Below, piece after piece: positions 46,254 through 54,360 of a DNA stretch of 64,000 nucleotides. A program made the translations under genes and the position numbers. Within the stretch, counting starts at the first letter, position 1, and the number at the start of each line of letters is the position of its first letter. The notes under the pieces are model-generated. The model was not told the DNA's origin. It was given only the letters and a program-made list of their open reading frames with translations, and searched no databases. The stretch is taken from positions 1 through 64,000 of the IMG/VR virus record IMGVR_UViG_3300050509_000438; one strand, given 5' to 3'. The DNA is from a virus.

Positions 46254-46377
46254 GTTGCTCTACCTGGGCAACCATCGCCTGCAGTTCATCAAGGCTGTAG
46301 CAATGGGCATCATCGGCGGAGTGGCTGTTGGGGTTGTGATTGGCGTGAGCGTGATCAGTATAATGAGAGCGTGGTAA
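46129..46377 (+). CDS. Small C-terminally TM-anchored protein (start uncertain, possibly TTG near 46210)
   Basis: C-terminal segment AMGIIGGVAVGVVIGVSVISIM. Confidence 0.4.
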   Translation: MIQTALKRIWSFILKLNTALIQWFGLHLHERELESLTRAEIKLLYLGNHRLQFIKAVAMGIIGGVAVGVVIGVSVISIMRAW

Positions 46378-46388
46378 ATTAGTAAAAT

Positions 46389-46625
46389 ATGAATGAAGAT
46401 AGAACAGCTATGATCATCAAGATGCTATTGCATGGCGATGAGAATGAAAAAAAATTAACTGCAAGACTATATCCTAAAATAGCGTCTGCGCTGAGTGGTT
46501 CTGGGCTTTATTTAATTGGACGTTTTTTAGAGGATACCGGTATTAAAGAGAACGGATGTCTTGTAATGCCAATCATATACAAGGGAGTTGATCTTAATTT
46601 GGAGATTACTGTTAAAAAGAAATGA
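46389..46625 (+). CDS. Hypothetical protein, 78 aa
   Basis: ORF. Confidence 0.45.
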   Translation: MNEDRTAMIIKMLLHGDENEKKLTARLYPKIASALSGSGLYLIGRFLEDTGIKENGCLVMPIIYKGVDLNLEITVKKK

Positions 46626-46798
46626 CCTGCCTCTCCTGCCGCCGTGACCTCCCGCGCAAGCGGTTCGCGATCGTAACCTCGACCTATATTACCGTCAAGG
46701 GGGAGAAGCGGATCAACAAGGGGCGCCGGAAGAAATGCAACAGTTGCACATGGGGGCGGAAGTATAAAAAGAAGAAAGAAACTTTAACGTGTTATTGA
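46622..46798 (+). CDS. Small zinc-ribbon-like basic protein, 58 aa (MTCLSCRRDLPRKRF...KKCNSCTWGRKYKKKKETLTCY), below the ORF-track cutoff
   Basis: CxxC...CxxC pattern. ATGA overlap with the upstream stop. Confidence 0.45.
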   Translation: MTCLSCRRDLPRKRFAIVTSTYITVKGEKRINKGRRKKCNSCTWGRKYKKKKETLTCY

Positions 46799-46799
46799 C

Positions 46800-47027
46800 A
46801 TGTGGCACTACGTAGTAGTTGAGATCGAGCATACTTATAATGGGTATAGTTCTTCCGGAGAAGTAGCTATCACACAGCCCTGCTGGAACATTGTTTACAA
46901 AATCCCGATCTATCGCGATGACCTCGGTGAAGAAGAGTCGCTATGCCTCAAAGGCTGCCTCTCCTGGATCGAGAACAACAAAGCACCCGGCAGCAAGTAT
47001 GCTGTGATGAAAATGTATTTAGTTTAA
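46800..47027 (+). CDS. Hypothetical protein, 75 aa
   Basis: ORF. Confidence 0.45.
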   Translation: MWHYVVVEIEHTYNGYSSSGEVAITQPCWNIVYKIPIYRDDLGEEESLCLKGCLSWIENNKAPGSKYAVMKMYLV

Positions 47028-47034
47028 TAAAGCA

Positions 47035-48069
47035 ATGTGGATCATACCTTCAAACCACCCTCTTTACTCTCAGTTTGCACAGGTCGTCGTGGAATCGAAA
47101 TCGGAATTGAGAGAGCAATTAGATCATTTCGGCGCTTATTCGGTGATAAAGAATGGGAAACCAGAGACGTTATCCAACCTGCCGTTTATGTGGAAATCGA
47201 ATCCGTTATCGCCTACAATCTGGTTGCGCAAATGGAGCAAGGTGTATTGGCTCCCACTCCTGTTTGGACGGACCTTAAAACATTCCCATGGGGGCTATTT
47301 CGGAATAAAATATGCATCCTCACTGGAGGATATCCATGCCAGCCCTTCAGTACAGCCGGAAAGCAGTTCGGAGTTAATGATCCGCGACACCTCTACCCAT
47401 ATCTCGAATACGGAGTCGATGCAGTTAAACCTGTTTGCTGCTTCTTCGAAAACGTCAGCAACCACATCAATATCGGATACAGAGAGGTCAGACATTCTTT
47501 GGAAACGCTTGGTTACACGGTTGAAGAGGGAATATTCTCGGCGGAAGAAGTTGGCGCGCCACACTTACGCAAACGCCTATTCATCCTCGCCGTGGCCGAC
47601 TCCTACTGCACAGAACAGAGTAAGAGACGAGGAGACTTTGCAAAAATGCTTGGCCTTCAGGAAGGCCAACGCGAATCAGAACACGGTTCCTCTTTATCTG
47701 GAAGAAAAAGTGAGATTATGGAAGACTCCAATATCAAGCGAGTTGGAAGGAGGCAAAATGAAGATATTGATCGGAAAGGACGGTCGTTACAAACTAAGAG
47801 ATCAAGTGATGGAGTTGGCCTGGCCAACTCCATCAGCCAGAGATTGGCGCAGCGGAAAAAGCAATCAGCACGAGAAGAATTCCAGACCATTGAACGAAGT
47901 TGCTTTCCATCAGGACAAGGGCAATACCAGCAAGGATGGGAACATCCTCGTCTTGAATCCCGCATGGGTTTTACAGTTAATGGGTACGACTTTACAGAAG
48001 ACCTTCTTCGCCTGGCGGGAAATGCCGTCGTTGAGCAGCAATCTGAACTCGCCTTTAGAACACTCTTAA
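47035..48069 (+). other. Second fully open same-strand frame across the methyltransferase locus (344 codons); its middle (47593-47985) carries WPTP/LNP..LMG motifs
   Basis: PWPTPTAQNRVRDEE, RLWKTPISSELEGGK, LAWPTPSARDWRSGKSN and LNPAWVLQLMG. No stop codon anywhere, while the third frame stops after 24 codons. Confidence 0.6.
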
Positions 48070-48083
48070 ATAAATTTATATGA
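47037..48083 (+). CDS. DNA (cytosine-5)-methyltransferase; catalytic motifs are in this frame but the TRD-like middle lies in the overlapping frame
   Basis: SVCTGRRGIEIG (motif I-like), GGYPCQPFS (IV), FFENV (VI), APHLRKRLF (VIII), LAGNAVV (X). GTG start. Confidence 0.8.
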   Translation: MDHTFKPPSLLSVCTGRRGIEIGIERAIRSFRRLFGDKEWETRDVIQPAVYVEIESVIAYNLVAQMEQGVLAPTPVWTDLKTFPWGLFRNKICILTGGYPCQPFSTAGKQFGVNDPRHLYPYLEYGVDAVKPVCCFFENVSNHINIGYREVRHSLETLGYTVEEGIFSAEEVGAPHLRKRLFILAVADSYCTEQSKRRGDFAKMLGLQEGQRESEHGSSLSGRKSEIMEDSNIKRVGRRQNEDIDRKGRSLQTKRSSDGVGLANSISQRLAQRKKQSAREEFQTIERSCFPSGQGQYQQGWEHPRLESRMGFTVNGYDFTEDLLRLAGNAVVEQQSELAFRTLLNKFI

Positions 48084-48307
48084 CCGCAACCTACATCGGA
48101 ACAACCAACAAGCACTACACTGCCGGCAACACGTACTCGTTGCAAACACAGAACTTCACCGGCCGCCGCTACAAGGATCTCAACGATCGAGTCGGTGAAC
48201 CCGACAACAGGATCATGGTATGGAAGAATGAACGAGACGCCGCGCTCAAAGTGTACGAGACGCAGGCTGACATCGCTAAGGACTTTGTGGTAAAGACGGA
48301 TTGGTGA
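48080..48307 (+). CDS. Hypothetical protein, 75 aa
   Basis: ATGA-coupled ORF. Confidence 0.45.
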   Translation: MTATYIGTTNKHYTAGNTYSLQTQNFTGRRYKDLNDRVGEPDNRIMVWKNERDAALKVYETQADIAKDFVVKTDW

Positions 48308-48519
48308 TGCGACGGTTCTTCAGGCGACTATACTTTAAGGTGTTCAAGCGATATGAACGGCTTGAGTTCATGTGTCTCAATTGGCCGGAGGCTGATGTGC
48401 TGCTCAAAGAGAACAAAAATAAATCTGAAGAAGAGCAATGGCATCTGGCGAAGGAAGAAGATTTCAATCAGATTTATGGGACTGTGTTTCTTGAGAGAAG
48501 GAGGAGGATATTGGAGTAG
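48301..48519 (+). CDS. Hypothetical protein, 72 aa
   Basis: ORF. Confidence 0.4.
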   Translation: MVMRRFFRRLYFKVFKRYERLEFMCLNWPEADVLLKENKNKSEEEQWHLAKEEDFNQIYGTVFLERRRRILE

Positions 48520-48551
48520 TTAAAAGAGATCGATTATTTGATTGAGGTATT

Positions 48552-49235
48552 ATGAACAAAGAGCACCCAATTTTATACAGCACACCGATGATCCGCGCAA
48601 AGCTGGAAGGTCGGAAGACGCAGACGCGGAGAATATGTAAGCCGCAGCCTGAATTAAAACCAGAGGAATATCGAGGTAGTGAGTTTGGGGATTACTGGTG
48701 GCCATCGAACAAAGCTAGATTGATGTTGGACATCAAACAGATGCAAATGGTTTGTCCCTACGGAACAGTCGGCGATGTTCTATGGTCGCGAGAGACGGCA
48801 TGTATAGAAGTAGACCCCGAAAGTGGTAATCATTACCCTGTTTATAAAGCTGACTGTCCCAACTATCCATTAGGATCGAATCGATGGACACCATCAATTC
48901 ATGTCCCTAAAATTTATTCCCGCATCTGGGAGCGTATCACAGACATTCGTGTTGAGAGGTTGCAGGACATCAGCGAAGAGGATGCGATCGCTGAAGGAAT
49001 TATCCGTATATCAACAATCATTGATACTGAGTGGTACGCCAACTACGGAAACGAAGATATAGGAACATCACTTCATCCAATCGAGTCTTACCGCACGCTT
49101 TGGGAGTCGATCAACGGTGAAGGCTCATGGATTGTCAATCCCTGGGTATGGGCGATCACCACTGAAGTACTGTCAACCACCGGCAGACCGAAAGAGTTGA
49201 GCGACGAACTGATTCTAAACATACCTGAGAGATGA
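48552..49235 (+). CDS. Conserved phage protein with an N-terminal ..MIRAKLEGRKTQTRR.. motif (ASCH/PUA-like fold suspected), 227 aa
   Basis: LYSTPMIRAKLEGRKTQTRR and GDVLWSRE are recalled from phage proteins often found near methyltransferases. Confidence 0.4.
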   Translation: MNKEHPILYSTPMIRAKLEGRKTQTRRICKPQPELKPEEYRGSEFGDYWWPSNKARLMLDIKQMQMVCPYGTVGDVLWSRETACIEVDPESGNHYPVYKADCPNYPLGSNRWTPSIHVPKIYSRIWERITDIRVERLQDISEEDAIAEGIIRISTIIDTEWYANYGNEDIGTSLHPIESYRTLWESINGEGSWIVNPWVWAITTEVLSTTGRPKELSDELILNIPER

Positions 49236-49498
49236 AGCCGGTCTTCGTGAAAAATATTCCTGATGAACTGGAGCCTAATACTCACTATATCTCAGAGGAG
49301 TTTTCAGTATCAGCTCACTTGTGCCCTTGTGGTTGTGGCCTTCAGGTATTTTTGCGCCTCGGTAATCAAAACAATAAGGATGTAACTGAATGGTCTCTAA
49401 TAAAGGATGGTGAATTTGTAAGTATTGAACCATCGATTGAAATACGAGGTAATTGCCGATCACACTATTTTATTACTAGAAATGAAGTTAAATGGTAA
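49232..49498 (+). CDS. Small Cys-cluster protein, 88 aa (DUF6527-like by recollection)
   Basis: HLCPCGCG ... IEPSIEIRGNCRSHYFITRNEVKW. Confidence 0.4.
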   Translation: MKPVFVKNIPDELEPNTHYISEEFSVSAHLCPCGCGLQVFLRLGNQNNKDVTEWSLIKDGEFVSIEPSIEIRGNCRSHYFITRNEVKW

Positions 49499-49519
49499 AC
49501 ACACCTAACAAATAGAGAG

Positions 49520-49831
49520 ATGAGTGAAGCCCAACACAAAGAAATCGTGCGCAGCGTGCGCAGCGCGCGCAACATACCATCCAAGTACATGATGGCCACC
49601 AAGGCGCTGCATCTACTCGGGGACATCTCGCGTGAGACTCCAGACTTGTGCCATGTGCACAGCGAGACCGATCGGTACTACGTGGGATCCTGGGTAACCG
49701 GGTTCGGGTTCTTTGATGTACTGTTCTCCAAAGAGACCACACGAGAGCTTACCGCTGAGGAGATCGCTTACTGGAATACTCGCGCTGTGCAGATCGGATC
49801 ACAGCCGCCGATGAAGCTTAAGGTGGATTGA
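49520..49831 (+). CDS. Hypothetical protein, 103 aa
   Basis: ORF. Confidence 0.45.
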   Translation: MSEAQHKEIVRSVRSARNIPSKYMMATKALHLLGDISRETPDLCHVHSETDRYYVGSWVTGFGFFDVLFSKETTRELTAEEIAYWNTRAVQIGSQPPMKLKVD

Positions 49832-49977
49832 GGTCACACCCTCAGCTCAACCACTCCTTCCGCCAGTAAGGTATTCCACCTCACCCTGAGCACGTAACAC
49901 CGCAGACGCACGGGTATAGTAGGAAATAATAATTTAATGCCATACTTTGGTGTCACTTAATCACCCCACAACACTCT

Positions 49978-50163
49978 ATGGCTAAAGAGGAACCACGGGT
50001 ACAGATGCGTCTGTCTCCTCCCAAAACTCTTCACAAAAAAATAGTCGCTTATCAAAAACTTCGAAGCATCGGCACCGATGAAGATCTCTCTCTAAGAGAG
50101 GCTGCTTATGAGCTCTGGCAGAAGGCTCTCGACTCCATTCCTGCTATTAAAGAAGTCGCTTAA
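49978..50163 (+). CDS. Hypothetical protein, 61 aa
   Basis: ORF after a 146-nt spacer that contains a TACTTTG box. Confidence 0.4.
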   Translation: MAKEEPRVQMRLSPPKTLHKKIVAYQKLRSIGTDEDLSLREAAYELWQKALDSIPAIKEVA

Positions 50164-50178
50164 CCCCAGCCCTGCGCC

Positions 50179-50466
50179 ATGGAAGATATTATCTGTAAGC
50201 GTTGTGGCTCCGTCAACGATTTCTCTGCCACACCATCAGGTCCTCACCTGAAAGCTACCTGCAATAAGTGTGGCCAGTACATAAAATTCCTGCCTCAACA
50301 ACAAACAAAACCAACCCTTTACTTCGGGAAATACCGCGGCCGCGAGATCTCGTCCATGAATTCCGAGGAGGATCTGCGCTACCTGCAATGGCTTATATCG
50401 CAACCCGATCTAAAACCAAAGCTTAAGACCGATATTCAGTTCCAACTCAAACGCCTTGGTAAGTGA
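50179..50466 (+). CDS. Zinc-ribbon plus DUF3820-like protein, 95 aa
   Basis: CKRCGS...CNKCGQ and YFGKYRGREISSM...LRYLQWL. Confidence 0.5.
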   Translation: MEDIICKRCGSVNDFSATPSGPHLKATCNKCGQYIKFLPQQQTKPTLYFGKYRGREISSMNSEEDLRYLQWLISQPDLKPKLKTDIQFQLKRLGK

Positions 50467-52424
50467 GTACCGCCGAAACAGCAAATCGCCTCATAGAATG
50501 CGGGATGTCGGTGATCCCCATCCAGATGCCAAGCAAGGTTCCTACTGTAAAAGCATGGCATCAGTTCCAGCAGCATCCACCAGCCCCGGGGGAGCTTACT
50601 TTCAACGGAGGAATGGCGATGATCTGCGGAAAAGCCTACAATCTGGAGTGTCTCGACATCGATTTGAAGTACGATATGACCGGAACCCTGCTTCAGCGCT
50701 TCCAGGATGCGCTCGGAGAGCTATGGGAACACCTGGAACCGCTGATTTTGATACAGCAGACCGTAAAAGGAGGCGTTCACCTGGTTTACCGGTGCAAAGA
50801 GGTCGGAAACAACGAAAAACTAGCCTCCAGGCCCACTACAGAGGCCGAAAAAGCCTTAAATCCAGGCGAAAAATGCAAGGTTTTGCTCGAAACCCGTGGT
50901 GAAGGCGGTTATTTCGTCATCAGCCCAACCCCCGGCTATGAGGTCCTCCAGGGATCCTTCGAAAACATCGGCTGGATCACCCCGGACCAGCGCCGGCAGC
51001 TCCTTGATGCCGCAAAATCACTCAATGAGTACTGGGAAGAGGTCTCTGTGCGCCCCACTCGCAAAGTTCAGGAGGCCGCCGGAGGTCTGCGGTCATGGGA
51101 GGACTACGACCGGAAGGCGGATGTTGCCGCCCTCCTCGAAAAACACGGCTGGACCTACGTCCGGTCCAATGCCAGGCAGCAGTTTTGGAAGCGGCCCGGC
51201 TCAACCGACAGCCTCTGGAGCGCATCCTACCACCCGGAGCTCAACCTGTTCTATGTCTACAGCTCCTCGGTAGCTGATTTATCCGCAGGCAAGGCATATA
51301 CGCCCAGCGCGCTGCTCGCCCACCTGGAGTTCAAAGGCGACTTTGAGTCCATGGCCCGCGATCTCTTCCGCCTGGGATACGGTGATCATACCAAAACCCC
51401 TCAAAAACCATCAAATCAGCCCAATTTGCCAGGCGGGTCACCCGTCAGCCTAGCTCCCGCGCAGCGCAATCAGCCTACCGATGCACCTGACCAGGAAGCC
51501 ATGAAAGCCATTTGGCGCGAGGTGCTGGTCACCAGCGAGCCTCCGGAAGATGTGGTCCTGCTCCAGATCCAGAACGTGCCGGTCGCCACCCTGGGCAACC
51601 ACTCGCTCCTGATCGGGAAGAAGAAGTCCCGCAAGACCCTCTTCATCTCCTGGCTCATCAGCCAGTATCAAGGCCAGATCGATACCGATATCATGCTCTT
51701 CGACACCGAGCAGGGACGCCGTCACGTATGGCGCCTGCGCGAGAAGATATACCAGCTTACCGGCGTTTACATCCCCACGTTCTACCTGCGTGGCAAGAGC
51801 CTGGAGGAACGCCGCCAGATCATCGACGGCACATTGAAACACTGGCCTACCAGGCCCCGCATCATCATCATCGACGGTATCCGCGACCTGATCTCCAACA
51901 TCAACGATCCCGACCAGTCAACAGACCTTATCCTCTGGCTTGAGCGCTTGATCCTATCCTATAACATACACGTAGTCAACGTACTGCACATCAACAAGAC
52001 CGACAACAACGCCCGCGGGCACATCGGCTCAGAGCTCCTCAACAAGGCTGAGATCACGATCGAGCTCGAGAAAGACGAAGCCTCCGGCTCCACGATCGTC
52101 AAATGCGAGTCGAGTCGTGACAAGCCCTTCGAGGACTTCTCCTTCACTCACGGTGATGATGACCTGCCGGTGCTCTGTTCCCTGCCGGTCAGAGGCCAGG
52201 TATTACCAGAAAGCGAACGACGCATACGCCTGCAGGCAGCCTTTGACGGACGCATGCTCAAATACTCCGAAGCCGTCGAAGAGATCAAAGCCCAGTTCGG
52301 CGTGGGCCGAGATAAAGCAAGAACCCTGATAGCGGAGTTCCACCGGAAAGGATGGCTCATCAAAGTGGGGGCAACAGAAGGCAAAAACTCAAACCAGAAC
52401 GTGACCTACAAACTCATGATATAA
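50463..52424 (+). CDS. Primase-polymerase / helicase fusion (replication initiator), 653 aa
   Basis: N-terminal Prim-Pol-like GMSVIPIQMPSKVPTVKAW, CLDIDLKYD, VKGGVHLVYRC and ETRGEGGYFVISPTPGY. C-terminal Walker A LLIGKKKSRKT and Walker B RIIIIDGIRD. Confidence 0.75.
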   Translation: MSTAETANRLIECGMSVIPIQMPSKVPTVKAWHQFQQHPPAPGELTFNGGMAMICGKAYNLECLDIDLKYDMTGTLLQRFQDALGELWEHLEPLILIQQTVKGGVHLVYRCKEVGNNEKLASRPTTEAEKALNPGEKCKVLLETRGEGGYFVISPTPGYEVLQGSFENIGWITPDQRRQLLDAAKSLNEYWEEVSVRPTRKVQEAAGGLRSWEDYDRKADVAALLEKHGWTYVRSNARQQFWKRPGSTDSLWSASYHPELNLFYVYSSSVADLSAGKAYTPSALLAHLEFKGDFESMARDLFRLGYGDHTKTPQKPSNQPNLPGGSPVSLAPAQRNQPTDAPDQEAMKAIWREVLVTSEPPEDVVLLQIQNVPVATLGNHSLLIGKKKSRKTLFISWLISQYQGQIDTDIMLFDTEQGRRHVWRLREKIYQLTGVYIPTFYLRGKSLEERRQIIDGTLKHWPTRPRIIIIDGIRDLISNINDPDQSTDLILWLERLILSYNIHVVNVLHINKTDNNARGHIGSELLNKAEITIELEKDEASGSTIVKCESSRDKPFEDFSFTHGDDDLPVLCSLPVRGQVLPESERRIRLQAAFDGRMLKYSEAVEEIKAQFGVGRDKARTLIAEFHRKGWLIKVGATEGKNSNQNVTYKLMI

Positions 52425-52426
52425 CA

Positions 52427-52586
52427 GCTAGGCTGGCGCTAGGCGGCAGCTAGGCTAGCCTACCCCCTAGAAGCTGTGTCGCTAGGCGGGCGGGCTAGGC
52501 TATATGTAGCCTACCCGCCTAGCAGCCTAGCTCGTTTCAGCCCAGTTAAAAAAACACCCGCTAGGCTGAACAACTTTCAGCCTAGC
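52427..52586. repeat. Iteron field: GCTAGGC / GCCTAGC heptamers; putative replication origin or regulator array
   Basis: Direct copies at 52427, 52438, 52449 (11-bp phasing), 52481, 52494 and 52560. Inverted copies at 52517, 52525 and 52580. Palindromes TAGGCTAGCCTA (52451-62) and TAGGCTA-TATG-TAGCCTA (52496-52513). A-tract at 52547-54. Confidence 0.6.
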
Positions 52587-52604
52587 TAACAAACCAACAG
52601 AACC

Positions 52605-52946
52605 ATGAAACTCACCGACCTGATCAAACCCAAGCCACTGTCCCCAGGTGGTCTGACCCCCAAACAACTCCGCCTCCTCCAATCCCTCGACCCCGAGGTT
52701 CTGGCCATCCTCGATCTCACACCCGTCCCAAGCCAGGAGTTCAAAACCAACCAGGCTATTGCCGCCCGCGTGGAACAGTGGATCGAAGAGGCCCGAAATA
52801 AGCCCGTGGTTAAACGAACGATCTCAAAGGGGTATCAATCCACCAACCCCTGGGTGATCGTCGATCTGAGTGGCCTTCCTGAAAGCGACAGACCCATGCG
52901 TGGTTGGCAGTGTATGGCCGGAAAGACGATTCGCGCTCCGTTCTGA
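52605..52946 (+). CDS. Hypothetical protein, 113 aa
   Basis: ORF. Confidence 0.45.
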   Translation: MKLTDLIKPKPLSPGGLTPKQLRLLQSLDPEVLAILDLTPVPSQEFKTNQAIAARVEQWIEEARNKPVVKRTISKGYQSTNPWVIVDLSGLPESDRPMRGWQCMAGKTIRAPF

Positions 52947-52995
52947 TGGAATTACGTAGAAATCTACGTACAAAGGCACCCGCTGTAAAAATCCC

Positions 52996-53026
52996 TTGAC
53001 AACCAGGCACAGGGTGACTACCTTAG
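52996..53026 (+). promoter_or_regulatory. Promoter TTGACA-N17-TACCTTAG, 4 nt upstream of the ATG at 53031
   Basis: Perfect TTGACA at 52996-53001 and TACCTTAG at 53019-26. Preceded by TGTAAAAAT at 52984-92. Confidence 0.55.
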
Positions 53027-53030
53027 CGTC

Positions 53031-53477
53031 ATGAGAAACCCAAGATACCTCTTCATCGCAATCGTACTCTGCCTGACATTCTGGGTAACAGTATGGAGCT
53101 GCGCATGTGCGCCAGGCGGCACCCCCTCCCCCCGGTCGAGCTCGCCAGGGCAAACGGAATTTTGCGACCCCAGGGGTCCGCTTTTCTCTGATCGTTTTTT
53201 TCAAGCATTATGCTTATCCCAGGATCCGGCTGGAGTTAAACTAATTCTGCGATCAGCCTCAAACAGCGCAGTGCAGCCATCGTTTGGTAATGTGTGTGCT
53301 ATCTTTGCATGGGAGAATAGTCCCGGAAACCGTTCGTCAACCCGGACTGTACGTAGTTGCGATGATGCCAAATATAATTTGGTTGGTGTGTTACCGCACA
53401 CAAACACTCATAATCGACTGTTAAATACGAATTGGCTCGTAGTATTCCACATAATGACAGTATTCAGGTCTGCGTAG
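53031..53477 (+). CDS. Doubtful CDS: possible secreted/lipoprotein moron, 148 aa
   Basis: Signal-like LFIAIVLCLTFWVTVWSC with a Cys. Composition after residue 30 is atypical (S/R/P/C-rich). An internal hairpin plus T-run lies near 53166-53200. Confidence 0.35.
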   Translation: MRNPRYLFIAIVLCLTFWVTVWSCACAPGGTPSPRSSSPGQTEFCDPRGPLFSDRFFQALCLSQDPAGVKLILRSASNSAVQPSFGNVCAIFAWENSPGNRSSTRTVRSCDDAKYNLVGVLPHTNTHNRLLNTNWLVVFHIMTVFRSA

Positions 53478-53487
53478 TAATACCTAC

Positions 53488-53934
53488 ATGTCAATAGATT
53501 TTTACACTTATAATCTGATCTTCCGGCGGGCTTCTTTCCCTTCTTATTCCAAGTTTCGTGTAAACAAATTTGAGCTTACTATGCTTTGTCAGCTCAACGG
53601 GTTTTTGCGGTTTAAGAACGTTGTGATAGTGAGCAAGACGGAACTGTTTGATGTTATAACAAACAATGGGACGGAGAAAGCAAAGATGGCGGGTTATTAC
53701 ACTGGTTTGTTGACAAAGGGCATGATTGGAGAGTATGAATATATTTCACAGCCAGGTTCAACAAGTGTTGGGTTGTCAGATCTTGGGGTTAGCGTGCTTA
53801 AGCAGTTCGAGCACGAACTGCGATTGCTTGCCGATCGGTATAGATGTAGTCCGTTGCGGGTTGGTGTTGATACCGCGGCACCAACACCGGCGAGCGCACC
53901 GCGGCACACGCCAAAGCAGCAATCCGCGGCATGA
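53488..53934 (+). CDS. Winged-helix (MarR-like) DNA-binding protein, 148 aa
   Basis: FELTMLCQLNGF...VSKTELFDVI...AGYYTGLLTKGMIGEYE pattern. Confidence 0.5.
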   Translation: MSIDFYTYNLIFRRASFPSYSKFRVNKFELTMLCQLNGFLRFKNVVIVSKTELFDVITNNGTEKAKMAGYYTGLLTKGMIGEYEYISQPGSTSVGLSDLGVSVLKQFEHELRLLADRYRCSPLRVGVDTAAPTPASAPRHTPKQQSAA

Positions 53935-54107
53935 GTCGTGACCCTTCCACATATTACCCTCCTTTACGCTTCGAGCATGTATCCAAGCACAACCCAAAGA
54001 CCTCAAAGTATGCTGGTGTGTTCATTCACCGGGTTTATAGCAGGGAGTTGCCGTTTGTTGCGATCAAGATCTTTAAAGGTGTTGTAAAGCACTCATCAGC
54101 GAATTGA
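53931..54107 (+). CDS. Small ORF, 58 aa (MSRDPSTYYPPLRFEHVSKHNPKTSKYAGVFIHRVYSRELPFVAIKIFKGVVKHSSAN), AP2-like strand pattern; below the ORF-track cutoff
   Basis: ATGA overlap with the upstream stop. Followed by a strong terminator. Confidence 0.4.
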   Translation: MSRDPSTYYPPLRFEHVSKHNPKTSKYAGVFIHRVYSRELPFVAIKIFKGVVKHSSAN

Positions 54108-54118
54108 TCGATAATACA

Positions 54119-54153
54119 AGAGCCCGACCTATTTAGCCGGGCTCTTTCAATTT
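54119..54153 (+). terminator. Intrinsic terminator
   Basis: An 8-bp stem AGAGCCCG / CGGGCTCT with an 11-nt loop, followed by TTCAATTT. Confidence 0.6.
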
Positions 54154-54310
54154 AACTTACAGGTGTTTGCGGTGTGTTCCTTGAACAGGGGCCGCAATAG
54201 TTTACTTGCGCATAATCGTATTTGTTTGGTGTGTTTGCGTCCCTATGGCCATTGCCAGGAGGATGCGTGTTCATTGCCTATCAGGTCCAAATATAGTATT
54301 TTCTGTTCAT

Positions 54311-54360
54311 GTAAAAAAAATTTTACAGAATTGTTGCTCGGTATGTAAAAATGTGTTTAC
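54311..54360. promoter_or_regulatory. Two tandem dyads, GTAAAAAAAATTTTAC and GTAAAAATGTGTTTAC, upstream of a TTTACTTTG box
   Basis: Dyads at 54311-26 and 54345-60, box at 54357-64, ATG at 54386. Confidence 0.45.

Noticed and set aside
50456-52384. Overlapping ORFs inside the primase-helicase gene (e.g. 50456..50902, 51512..51943, 51450..51842).
   Set aside because: They are GC-driven shadow frames with R/P/G-rich products. The 653-aa frame carries all the recognisable motifs.
52427-52586. Possible CRISPR-like array, also considered for 58746..59072.
   Set aside because: The repeats are 6-7 bp with no regular repeat-spacer periodicity of CRISPR size, and no cas genes are present. They are better explained as iterons and a coding microsatellite.
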